From NCBI GenBank assembly GCA_963700985.1, contig OY969554.1:416001-480000 (forward strand): 64,000 nucleotides of DNA, read 5' to 3'. Positions 1 to 9,279 of the stretch are shown here, one piece after another. Source of the stretch: an uncultured Chlamydiales bacterium. GTDB lineage: Bacteria > Chlamydiota > Chlamydiia > Chlamydiales > Rhabdochlamydiaceae. Numbering within the stretch: the stretch's first letter is position 1; every line of letters begins with the position of its first letter. Made by a program: the position numbers and the translations under genes. Below the pieces are notes generated by a model. That model made no database searches and was not told where the DNA came from. It saw nothing but the letters and a program-made list of their open reading frames with translations.

Positions 1-1139
1 TGTGCTCCGATCAGAGCGGATGGTCCTTTTGTTGCAATTGGCCAATCTACGATCCATCCCGATCGATTTCCTGAATCTAATGGCCTTCGCATCCACGATT
101 TACAACGTGGAACGCACACTTCCCTTCAACATCTAAACAAAGGGTATGCGGAATTAAAATTCCATGAGGGGATTTTGCATGTCGCGAATTCTGATAGTCT
201 CTCAGCATTTACGCAAAATGCAGAAGTGGGGTGGATTCAAAGTTCGCAGCGAATTTTCCCTGCAGAAGAAAGGCGTTGCTATTTGGCAGATGATGGCAGA
301 TCTCTATGGCTTAATCGATCTACGCATACGTGTATAATTTATGGGCCTGACGACTTGCCTCTTTTTAGCTTTACCGATCCCGAAGTAGATATAGGCGCCG
401 GTGATGCGCGCGCGATTCGTTCTCATTGCATACATAAATTTGGTTTTAATGGTTCTTATGTTGCCATTCCATTAACAGACGGCAGCTTACGTATCTATGA
501 GCTGAATCCATCTGAAACCCCAGATAAGCAGTGCATCCGGAAATCTACAACAAAACCCTTAGGTCTCGATCTACATATGCTCCGCATAAGAGGTAATAAG
601 ATGATTGCCGTCTTTACGAATGGCCAAGCACGTATCATCGACCTCTTTACAGGAAAATTTGGCGAATTTTTACCTTTAAACTGGGATGGTCTTGAAAAGC
701 CGTGGAGAAAAATCGATTATATGCACTATCTGGATGCAGATAAAGTTGCTCTAACTCTCAATACTGGCAGTGTCCAGGTGTTTAATCTGCGGAATACACC
801 CATTACTCGACACACTTTAAACTCTTTTACCGAGTTTACAAATGTTACAGCTGTCGATCTTAAGGATGACTTTCTCTCTTTGGGAAGGCTTTTTCAAGAG
901 AGTGGCGTGTGGAGCTATGGAACTGGCGCACAGGACAGTGCATGCAAAGGCTTGTAACTACCCCTGAGCACTGCTATCTCGCTCTCAGTTTTGCCAGTGG
1001 CGAGGTCTCCGTCATCTCGCCCCAAGTGGTTCAGCTGACATTTTGGGATCAACTTGCTGCCACCATCTCGAGCTACGTCAGCGCATTCCTGAACGCCTTC
1101 TATTCCTGCTTCCATTGGCTTGTGGCACGAATCTGCTAA
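1..1139 (+). CDS. WD40/beta-propeller protein, 5'-partial, apparently frameshifted near 907-909; candidate effector
   Basis: Frame of ORF 175..957 is open from base 1. It has WD-like blades (DGSLRIYEL, NGQARIIDLFTG, TGSVQVFNL). The overlapping ORF 909..1139 continues with a classic WD40 end (VELWNWRTGQCMQRL) and a hydrophobic C-tail. Confidence 0.6.
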
Positions 1140-1153
1140 AAGCTGTCTACAAA

Positions 1154-1882
1154 TTACAGAATTACACATGTCCGAGAATTAACAGATGGAGGAGGAGCTA
1201 GCTCAATTCCAAGGGGGTGGTCCTCATCTAGCACGCGGATTTTATAGGCGACGAGAAGGTCAGTTATTTTTAATCCGGATCCAGTGATGTCTACTACTTC
1301 TAAGCATTTGAGTCGGGTAAGGTCGGCAGGTCCACGTAGAGTGCCTTTTACCTTATTGAAATAGATGTGTGTGAGAGAAGGAAAGCAAGCGATTTCTTGG
1401 CTTAATTGAGTAGAAGATGAAGTGAGAAATTGAAGCTCCTGAACGAGACCAAATAAGTTCAGAGTCAGCTTCCTATTATTTAAGAGCTTTCGAATTGGGT
1501 CTGGGGTCGTAAGAGACGTAGGGCAGCTTTTTGCATTTACACATTCTATGGCAAAGATTCGCTCAGATTCATCAAAAAAACTTGGAGAATTTATTAAGAG
1601 ATCGCAGAGCTTTGCGTACATTCTTGGCTGTTGTGCCTTATTCATATTGAGAGCTGCGCCTTTTAAAGCATATCCAAATGCTAGTCGAGAAGAAAGAAAG
1701 GCGTTAAATAGCGCCTTTAAATTATTGTCCATCGCCAGAGTATTTGTGGTAATTTCAATAAGACGAGAACTTTCTATTGCTTCCTCTTCAGTATAGGTGA
1801 ACTCAATAGCATTCACCCATGATCCAGGTTCATAACCTGCAACAATAGCCAAAACATGTGCGGGGAGTGCGGAAATTGCCAT
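1154..1882 (-). CDS. LRR-like protein with weak N-terminal F-box-like motif and C-terminal CaaX box (CVIL)
   Basis: N-term LPAHVLAIVAGY; LRR-like FPSLTHIYF and LKCLEVVDITG; ends SRTCVIL; paralog of 2270..2929. Confidence 0.65.
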   Translation of the reverse strand: MAISALPAHVLAIVAGYEPGSWVNAIEFTYTEEEAIESSRLIEITTNTLAMDNNLKALFNAFLSSRLAFGYALKGAALNMNKAQQPRMYAKLCDLLINSPSFFDESERIFAIECVNAKSCPTSLTTPDPIRKLLNNRKLTLNLFGLVQELQFLTSSSTQLSQEIACFPSLTHIYFNKVKGTLRGPADLTRLKCLEVVDITGSGLKITDLLVAYKIRVLDEDHPLGIELAPPPSVNSRTCVIL

Positions 1883-2042
1883 TTGCTTCTCTTAATTTAA
1901 AAATAACCGCGTAGATTTTGCCATCTCTTTTGATTATTTTTAAGAGTTAAAAATAAATTGATTTAGTATAAATTTAAATTATAAATAATTAGAAAAATTC
2001 CACCGTTAAATTTAAAGATAAAACTTCAAGGACCGTCACTAA

Positions 2043-2207
2043 GAGATTGTCCACAAACTAGGCCTTTTAGAGATTTGCGGAGCTTTTCGATGAGATTTTT
2101 TCTCCCTCGACGAAGACAATGTCGGGACGGTGACATGGCTGAGGAGGGGGAGGAAAAAGATCGCGAAAAGATCTCAAAGATCGAAGGTCTAGTTTGTGGA
2201 CAGTCTC
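2043..2207. mobile_element. 165-bp MITE-like palindromic element
   Basis: Terminal inverted repeats GAGATTGTCCACAAACTAG / CTAGTTTGTGGACAGTCTC (1 mismatch in 19), flanked by TAA at 2040-2042 and 2208-2210; no transposase. Confidence 0.75.
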
Positions 2208-2269
2208 TAAAGAGAGAACCTGATGGGGCTTGCTGCGCGCAGGCCATCTTGTGATTACCTACTAGCTGG

Positions 2270-2929
2270 TTACAGAATTACACACGTTTGAGACTTAACA
2301 GGCGGAGCCAGCTCAGTTCCACGAGGGTGTTCCATATCAAATACGAGGATTCTGTGAGCGACTTGAAGGTCTGTTATTTGCAATCCAGATCCTGTGATGT
2401 CTACTGCTTTTAAGTTTTTGAGTTGGGTAAGATCGATGGGCCCACGTAGAGAGCCTTGTACCCAATTGAAATAGATACATGAAAGAGCCGGAAAATAAGC
2501 AACTTCTTTGCTTAATTGAGTTGGGAAGGAAATGCGAAATTTAAGTTCATTAACAAGACTAAATAAATGCAGGCACAGATTTCTATTATTTAAAAGCTTT
2601 CGAATAGAGTCTGCGGTGATGGAAGATTCTGGGCAGGCTTTTATTTTTACACATTCTATAGCAAATATTCGCTCAGATGAATCAAAAAAATCTGGGGAAT
2701 TTTTTAGGAGATCGTCTAGTTTTGCGTACATTTTCGGCTGTTTTGACTTATCAATATTGAAAGTCGCGCCTGTTAAAGCATACCCTAATGCAAGTCGCGA
2801 GCGAAGAAAGGCGTTAAATAGCGCCTTTAGATTACTGTCTTCGACGAAGCTTTTTGAGGCCTTTTCAACTAAATGAAAAGAGGGAATCAGGCGGGTTTCA
2901 GTGGTGTTTATTGATGCGGAAATTGCCAT
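2270..2929 (-). CDS. LRR-like CaaX-box (CVIL) protein, paralog of 1154..1882
   Basis: Likely start ATG at 2929 (MAISA, same as the paralog, and avoids overlap with oppF). Highly similar to the paralog from NLKALFNAFL to the end; ends SQTCVIL. Confidence 0.65.
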   Translation of the reverse strand: MAISASINTTETRLIPSFHLVEKASKSFVEDSNLKALFNAFLRSRLALGYALTGATFNIDKSKQPKMYAKLDDLLKNSPDFFDSSERIFAIECVKIKACPESSITADSIRKLLNNRNLCLHLFSLVNELKFRISFPTQLSKEVAYFPALSCIYFNWVQGSLRGPIDLTQLKNLKAVDITGSGLQITDLQVAHRILVFDMEHPRGTELAPPVKSQTCVIL

Positions 2930-2955
2930 GCTTTTGATTATTTTAAGCTTAAAGG

Positions 2956-3909
2956 TTAATTTACCAAGTGACAGGCGGTGAAGTGACCGGGAGTAGCCTC
3001 TTTCCAAGCGGGACGAACTTTATGGCAAATCTCTTTGGCATAAGGGCAGCGAGTTGAGAAGATGCACCCTGTGGGTGGGTTGACTGCGCTGGGCATTTCG
3101 CCTTTGAGCACAATGCGGCTACGCGTTTTTTCGATCTTAGGATCGGGGATGGGGATGGCTGAAAGCAATGCTTGAGTGTAAGGATGCAGGGGCTGAGCAT
3201 AGAGTTCTTCGGCAGGAGCGAGTTCAACGATGTGCCCGAGATACATAACGGCCACGCGCGTTGAGAGATATTTCACCATGGCCAGATCGTGGGCAATGAA
3301 AAGGTAAGTGAGGCCCAGATCATGTTGCAGCTTCTTTAAAAGTGTAATGATTTGTGCTTGGACAGATACATCAAGCGCAGAGATCGGCTCATCGCAAACC
3401 AGAAATGCGGGATTTACGGCTAGTGCGCGGGCGATGCCAATGCGCTGTCTTTGGCCGCCACTGAGTTCGTGAGGGAAGCGCCCTGCATATCCGCTATTTA
3501 ACCCTACGAGATGGAGTAGCTCTTCGACTTTGCGCTGTCTTTCAATTTTGCTCGCGATGCCATGTATGTCAAGTGGTTCTGCGATGATATCTTTAGTCAT
3601 CATGCGAGGATTAAGAGAGGCGTAAGGATCTTGGAAGATCATCTGAATCTTGCGTCGAAATTCTTTGAGCTGTTTGCGTGGAAAGTTGAAGATATTCTGT
3701 CCGTCGAAGAGCACTTCACCAGAAGTAGGTTCTTCCAAGCGCAAAAGCGTTTTACCTAAAGTAGATTTTCCGCAGCCGCTTTCTCCCACAAGGCCAAGTG
3801 TTTCCCCTGGGTAGATTTCAAAAGAGGCGTCATCTACGGCTTTTAAGATCTGTTTGCCAGATTGGAAATGCTTTTTAAGATTTTGTACTTTCACTAGTGG
3901 TTCTTTCAT
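2956..3909 (-). CDS. oppF: Oligopeptide ABC transporter ATP-binding protein
   Basis: GESGCGKST Walker A, LSGGQRQR signature, HPYTQALLSAIP C-terminal motif; last gene of the operon. Confidence 0.92.
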   Translation of the reverse strand: MKEPLVKVQNLKKHFQSGKQILKAVDDASFEIYPGETLGLVGESGCGKSTLGKTLLRLEEPTSGEVLFDGQNIFNFPRKQLKEFRRKIQMIFQDPYASLNPRMMTKDIIAEPLDIHGIASKIERQRKVEELLHLVGLNSGYAGRFPHELSGGQRQRIGIARALAVNPAFLVCDEPISALDVSVQAQIITLLKKLQHDLGLTYLFIAHDLAMVKYLSTRVAVMYLGHIVELAPAEELYAQPLHPYTQALLSAIPIPDPKIEKTRSRIVLKGEMPSAVNPPTGCIFSTRCPYAKEICHKVRPAWKEATPGHFTACHLVN

Positions 3910-4892
3910 CTAGAAACTCCTCGAGGATCATGCTTCCAGCAGAAGCTAGTATGACCTTCACCGATGCAGAAGCTGCCGGGATTTTCTGACGCACAAATAT
4001 TCATGGCTTCGGAGCAGCGCGTCCAGAATGCACAGCCTTTGGGCGGATAAAGAAGATTAGGGGGTGTGCCGTCAATAGGAATAAGAGGTTCGTCTTTGGA
4101 CATATTCAAGCGTGGAATCGATTGCAGCAGTCTTTGCGTATAAGGATGCTGAGGATTAGAAAAAAGCTGTTCGACCGAAGCATCTTCCACAATCTGCCCT
4201 GCATACATCACTAGCACGCGATCGCAGAAGCCGGCCACCACACTAAGATCGTGTGTAATTAAGATGGTGCTTGTGCGCGTTTTATCTTGAACTGTTTTCA
4301 TCAGCTCTAAAATCTGAGCTTGGATAGTTACATCTAAAGAAGTAGTTGGCTCATCAGCGAGTAGCAATTTAGGCTTACAAACAAGCGCTAATGCGATCAT
4401 GACTCTTTGTCTCATTCCGCCACTGAGCGTATGCGGATAGGCATTAGCGCGGTCTTTAGATTGTGAAATGCCCACCAGCTCTAACATTTCAAGCGCGCAG
4501 TTGTAGGCTTCTTGATAGCTCGCTTCGGGGTGATGTCTCAAATAGCCTTCCACGATCTGCGTGCCAATTTTTAGCGTGGGGTTTAGCGAAGTCATCGGAT
4601 CTTGGAAGATCATGCCGATTTCTTTACCGCGAATTTTTTGCAACTCACGTTCGCTATATTCCATGAGATTTTTTCCATCAAACCAGATCTCGCCTTGCAT
4701 TTTATAACAAGAAGAGGGGAGAAGCTTGACGAGCGATTTGGCCATGGCGCTTTTGCCACAACCTGATTCGCCGACGATGCCTAAGCGCTCTCCTTCATTT
4801 AAGAAAAAGGAGACATTACGCACGGCGTAAAGATTTTTTTGATTCACTTGGAAAGTCACTTCGAGATTCTTGACGTCGAGTAGCTTTTTCAC
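3906..4892 (-). CDS. oppD: Oligopeptide ABC transporter ATP-binding protein
   Basis: GESGCGKS, IFQDPMTSLNP, LSGGMRQRV, HPYTQRLL. Confidence 0.92.
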   Translation of the reverse strand: MKKLLDVKNLEVTFQVNQKNLYAVRNVSFFLNEGERLGIVGESGCGKSAMAKSLVKLLPSSCYKMQGEIWFDGKNLMEYSERELQKIRGKEIGMIFQDPMTSLNPTLKIGTQIVEGYLRHHPEASYQEAYNCALEMLELVGISQSKDRANAYPHTLSGGMRQRVMIALALVCKPKLLLADEPTTSLDVTIQAQILELMKTVQDKTRTSTILITHDLSVVAGFCDRVLVMYAGQIVEDASVEQLFSNPQHPYTQRLLQSIPRLNMSKDEPLIPIDGTPPNLLYPPKGCAFWTRCSEAMNICASENPGSFCIGEGHTSFCWKHDPRGVSR

Positions 4893-5806
4893 GAGCGCAA
4901 CCTCGGGTCAAATGCATCATGTAATCCATCGCCAAGGAGATTAAAGCTAAGCATGGTAATACTGATGAAGGCAGCAGGGAAGAAGAGCCGCCAAGGATAA
5001 TAACGCAAAGCAGAGAGACCGTCGCTGGCCATGGTGCCCCAGCTTGCAATGGGTGCTTGTACTCCTAGGCCCAGGAAGCTTAAAAATGCCTCGGTAAAAA
5101 TCGCTGTAGGGATAGTAAGCGTTACTGTCACAATAATTGGTCCCATGGCATTTGGAATAAGGTGATTCATGAGGATACGACGTCTGCTAGCGCCGATTGC
5201 ATGTGCAGCTTTGACGAAGTCCAGCTCTTTAATTTGCAAAATCTGCCCGCGTACAATGCGCGCCATGCCGATCCAGCCGGTCATTGTCAATGCGATGATG
5301 ATGGTGGTGATGCCCGATCCAATTACAACCATCAATAGGATTACAACTAAAAGATAGGGAATGGCATATAAGATATCGGCGATACGCATCATGAGCTCTT
5401 CGGTTTTTTTGCCTATAAAACCGGCCACGGCTCCATAAAATACGCCGATTACAAGATCGATAAGTGACGCTGCTACACCTACAAAAAGGGAGATGCGTGC
5501 ACCCCACCAGAGCCTAGTAAAGAGATCTCTTCCCAGTTCATCCGTACCAAACCAGAACTTCCAAGACGGAGATTGGTTTTTGAGTTCGAGATGCGTCTCG
5601 TAATAAGTGTAAGGCGTTAAAAAAGGCCCGACAATGGCAAAGGCGAGCAGAGTAAGTAAAATGTAAAGACCGATCATAGCCTGGCGATTGCGTTTTAAAC
5701 GCTGCCACGCATCTTTCCAATAGGAAGAGGAGTTGTAATCCTCATCTACTTCGGCAAGTTGGGCAGCACGATCGAGCGGAGCGAATGGAAGAATCTCTTG
5801 CGTCAT
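4889..5806 (-). CDS. oppC: Oligopeptide ABC transporter permease
   Basis: FGTDELGRDLFTR, EAA-like loop, EAFLSFLGLGVQ, LLGDGLHDAFDPR. Confidence 0.92.
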   Translation of the reverse strand: MTQEILPFAPLDRAAQLAEVDEDYNSSSYWKDAWQRLKRNRQAMIGLYILLTLLAFAIVGPFLTPYTYYETHLELKNQSPSWKFWFGTDELGRDLFTRLWWGARISLFVGVAASLIDLVIGVFYGAVAGFIGKKTEELMMRIADILYAIPYLLVVILLMVVIGSGITTIIIALTMTGWIGMARIVRGQILQIKELDFVKAAHAIGASRRRILMNHLIPNAMGPIIVTVTLTIPTAIFTEAFLSFLGLGVQAPIASWGTMASDGLSALRYYPWRLFFPAAFISITMLSFNLLGDGLHDAFDPRLRS

Positions 5807-6735
5807 AAGTTTTCTCTTGCTCCTATCTTAATTCGCGGGTCGATAAAACAATAGAGCAAGTCGACCAAGAAAACAGCTAACATTAAAAGCGCACTATAAA
5901 AAACAGTAGTGCCCATGATCACAGTATAATCGCGATTTGTAATGCAGAGCACAAACCATTGACCTAGCCCGGGGATGCCGAAGATTTTTTCCACGGCAAA
6001 GCTACCTGTTAAAATTGCGGCAGTTAGAGGGCCTAAATACGTGATTACAGGCAGTAAAGCGTTGCGCAGCACATGACGCCAGAGCACTTGCATTGAATTT
6101 AGCCCTTTTGATTTAGCCGTTTGGATGAAGTCTTGCTGCATGACTTCAATCATATTCGCACGCGTTAATCTGGCTATGAAAGCCATAGGCAGAGCAGAAA
6201 GTGAGAGCGCGGGCAAAATGGATTGACTGAAAGAGCCCCACCGCGCCACCGGTAAAAGATCCAGTTTCATGGATAAAAGATATTGCAAAAAGGTGGCTAA
6301 AATAAAGCTGGGAACAGAGATTCCCACGACTCCCAGAATCATAGCTGTATGATCTTGCCACTGTTGATATTTAAGCGCGGCAATCGTGCCTAGCAGCAGA
6401 CCAAATGCAAGCGCGATCAGTAAAGCTTCGGCGCCGAGCGTAAGGGAGATTGGAAAGCCTTCGCTAATGATATCATTTACAGTGCGGCCTTGGTATTTAA
6501 ACGAGGGGCCGAGATCCAAGGTAATTAATCCTTTTAGATAGCGACCATATTGAACATGCAGCGGCTGATCGAGCCCATAATATTTATGCATGGCTTTCAA
6601 GATCTCTTCGGGAATCGCGCGCTCTTGCGTAAAAGGATCGCCCGGAATCGCATGCATTAAAAAAAATGTTAGAGTTGAAACGATGAATAGCGAAACAACG
6701 AGGATGCAGGCTTTTTTTATCAGGTATCTAATCAT
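5803..6735 (-). CDS. oppB: Oligopeptide ABC transporter permease
   Basis: IPGDPF, YGLDQP, DLGPSF, TAKSKGL, EKIFGIPGLG, IDPRI. Confidence 0.92.
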   Translation of the reverse strand: MIRYLIKKACILVVSLFIVSTLTFFLMHAIPGDPFTQERAIPEEILKAMHKYYGLDQPLHVQYGRYLKGLITLDLGPSFKYQGRTVNDIISEGFPISLTLGAEALLIALAFGLLLGTIAALKYQQWQDHTAMILGVVGISVPSFILATFLQYLLSMKLDLLPVARWGSFSQSILPALSLSALPMAFIARLTRANMIEVMQQDFIQTAKSKGLNSMQVLWRHVLRNALLPVITYLGPLTAAILTGSFAVEKIFGIPGLGQWFVLCITNRDYTVIMGTTVFYSALLMLAVFLVDLLYCFIDPRIKIGARENL

Positions 6736-8333
6736 CTCTCAGTCTCGATGTAAGCGTATTTGAGGTTAAGCTCATTGAGCTCAGAGACGTAGACATCTTT
6801 AAGATGTGGATTTTTGAGGAAGGTTCCAGTGTAGAAATAGATGGGAGCAATGGGCATCTCTTCAATCAAAATTTTTTCTGCTTCTTTAAGTAAAGCCTTG
6901 CGGGCTTCGGCCTCTTTTGTTTTTTCCGCTTGGCTCATAAGCTTACCAAAGCGCGGGTCAAACCATTGCGAGTAATTGCGGTTAGATGAAGCATAGCGAT
7001 AATCTTGTAAAAAGTCAGCAGCATCATTGAAATTGGCGATGCCCCCCAGGCGTGCGATCTGGAACTGATGGTGGGAGAGCTCATCCAAGAAGACCTTCCA
7101 CTCTTTATTTTCTAGATGGATCTGGATGCCAAAAGCTTCATTCCATTGCTGCTGAACTGCCTGAGCAATCTTATGGTGGCCAGCATTGGTATTATAACTC
7201 AATGTTAGCTGGGGAAGCTCTTGCTTTGTGATCTTCATCTCTTGCAATGCCTTTGTAAAGAGACGTTTGGCCTCTTGCAAATCTGCATCTTTAAAATAGT
7301 CAACCTTATCTGGCCACATCGAAGGAGGAATTAGGCCCAAGGCGGGTTTTTGTTTGCCTTGCGTGACGTTATCGATAATTGCTTGGCGGTTGATAGCTAG
7401 AGCAAATGCCTTTCTCAGGTTCGCATTGTTAAATGGAAATTCTTTTGTGTTAAAAACATAGTAATACACCCCAGAAATATCATAGAGGTTAACTTTTCCT
7501 TCTTTTAACAGCGTGGGGAGTGCATCTAGGGGGAGTTGAGAAACAGGGAAGCCCGCCCAATCTAGATCCTTATTTTCGAACATGGCAAGTTCCGTGTTCT
7601 CATCTTCGATGATATAGAGTTCAACGTTCTGTAAGCGGACGGTGTCTGCATCCCAATACTCAGGATTTTTTTCTAGGATGATCTGGTTATAATGTTTCCA
7701 GTTTACCATTCTGAACGGGCCTGAGCTGACATAGTGCGCTGCACTTTCTGGCCAATTAGGATACGTTGATTGAATATGGCGAGGCACTACTGGAAAGAGA
7801 TGAGAGGAGATCATCATGAGAAAGTGAGGGTGGGGATACTCCAGCTCTACGCGCAGAGTCTGAGCATCCAGCGCCTTTATTCCGAGCTGCTCAAGCGGGA
7901 GCGTTCCTTCGCGAACGGCTTTAGCATTTTTTATGATATACAGATCGTAGCCCATTTCTGAAGGAAAGCTGGGGTTTAAAATTGTCTTCCAGCTCTCTTC
8001 GAAATCCCACGCGCTGATCGGCTCACCGTCCGACCATTTGGCTTCCCTTAAAGTAAAGGTGTAGGTTTTGCCATCCTCTGAAAGTGTGAACTCTTTGGCC
8101 AGGCCAAACTCTGTTTCGCCGTTCTTCCCATGACGCATCAGCCCCTCAAAACAGAGGTTAGTGACTGAGACCGACACGCTGTCATAGGCTCTGCGTGGAT
8201 CGAGTGTAGGTGGTTCGCCGTGGATGTTGAAGCGGGCCACTTGCTTCTCTTTTTGATGCACTTTAGAAGAAGAGCCTCCACATGCAGTTATTAACATGAG
8301 AGAGCAGATGACTAGAGCATGCGACAGCTTCAC
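6732..8333 (-). CDS. oppA: Oligopeptide ABC transporter substrate-binding lipoprotein
   Basis: Lipobox LITAC; family 5 motifs EPPTLDP, SEDGKTYTFTLR, KWSDGEP, SGPF. Confidence 0.9.
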   Translation of the reverse strand: MKLSHALVICSLMLITACGGSSSKVHQKEKQVARFNIHGEPPTLDPRRAYDSVSVSVTNLCFEGLMRHGKNGETEFGLAKEFTLSEDGKTYTFTLREAKWSDGEPISAWDFEESWKTILNPSFPSEMGYDLYIIKNAKAVREGTLPLEQLGIKALDAQTLRVELEYPHPHFLMMISSHLFPVVPRHIQSTYPNWPESAAHYVSSGPFRMVNWKHYNQIILEKNPEYWDADTVRLQNVELYIIEDENTELAMFENKDLDWAGFPVSQLPLDALPTLLKEGKVNLYDISGVYYYVFNTKEFPFNNANLRKAFALAINRQAIIDNVTQGKQKPALGLIPPSMWPDKVDYFKDADLQEAKRLFTKALQEMKITKQELPQLTLSYNTNAGHHKIAQAVQQQWNEAFGIQIHLENKEWKVFLDELSHHQFQIARLGGIANFNDAADFLQDYRYASSNRNYSQWFDPRFGKLMSQAEKTKEAEARKALLKEAEKILIEEMPIAPIYFYTGTFLKNPHLKDVYVSELNELNLKYAYIETER

Positions 8334-8464
8334 AGAATAATCTCCTAAAAATTTTTAGAAGATTATAGCCAACTGGTTGCAAAAGTCCATATGGAAGAAA
8401 GGACACAAATGACAATAAGGACCTTAACGACAAAAGCTGCTTTCTAGGGTTTTATGAGGTCTTC

Positions 8465-9265
8465 TTAGAGGATGCCGACTTTTTTAAATTGCCTGACAAG
8501 GAACTTGTCTTTGGGGCCGAGTGCAGTAGACGCAGCGGGTGCAGAGGCGGAGGGGGATTCTTTCTCTTCTTTTTTCTCTTGAGGCTTTGAGGTTGTGGGA
8601 AGGGCGGATTCAGGATGAAATGCGATCAGTGAGACTTTGCCCTTTCCATGTGTGCCACTAATGGCAGCAATAGGTTCATCTCTTACATCTGCGTAGCGCG
8701 CTTCGACTTTAAAGCTGTTGTAATTTGTGTTGAGAATTTGAAAAAAAGTTCCCTCAATCCACACAGAAGAAAACTCGCCTCCCGTTTCATCGAGAATCGG
8801 AACAACGCACTCACCCGCTCTTTGTTTTGCTGCAAAAGAAGGGATTGGATGAATAGCATCGACAGGAAGCAAGTTGAGCAAGCCGTCTGAAAAAGATAGT
8901 TTAAACGGGTCTATTCTGGTTAATTGCTGAGCGGCAGTGACAGCCCCTGCACAGCTTCCGAAATAACCCCCTCCGCGTTCAATGAATTTCGTGATTGCTT
9001 GCGCAGGCTTTCCAAGTAGGGTGTTAGATTGGAAATGTGCATGGCCTCCCAACAGCGCCACGACTCCCTCACTTTCTTTTTCCAGACGCTCAAAATAGGA
9101 AGGGTCTGATATTTCTACAATGCGCGAGCTAGCAACTCCATGAGTTTTAAAAGCTGCACACATTTCAGCAATGCAAGAAGGGTTAACCGCATGATACTCA
9201 CCGTATTTACGCGGTGTCGTGTAAACATAAATGGGAAGCTTAGAAGAATCTGTTATGGCAGACAT
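8465..9265 (-). CDS. BPL_N-like (class I glutamine-amidotransferase-like fold) protein
   Basis: GGGYFGSCAGA nucleophile elbow and HPE motif; likely start MSAITDSS at 9265. Confidence 0.6.
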   Translation of the reverse strand: MSAITDSSKLPIYVYTTPRKYGEYHAVNPSCIAEMCAAFKTHGVASSRIVEISDPSYFERLEKESEGVVALLGGHAHFQSNTLLGKPAQAITKFIERGGGYFGSCAGAVTAAQQLTRIDPFKLSFSDGLLNLLPVDAIHPIPSFAAKQRAGECVVPILDETGGEFSSVWIEGTFFQILNTNYNSFKVEARYADVRDEPIAAISGTHGKGKVSLIAFHPESALPTTSKPQEKKEEKESPSASAPAASTALGPKDKFLVRQFKKVGIL

Positions 9266-9279
9266 GAATCGCCTATTGT

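Noticed and set aside
2026-2247. 73-aa ORF between the CaaX paralogs
   Set aside because: It is mostly the translated MITE sequence.
2930-3007. N-terminal extension of the 245-aa ORF overlapping oppF
   Set aside because: The paralog starts at the matching MAISA, so the real start is likely 2929.
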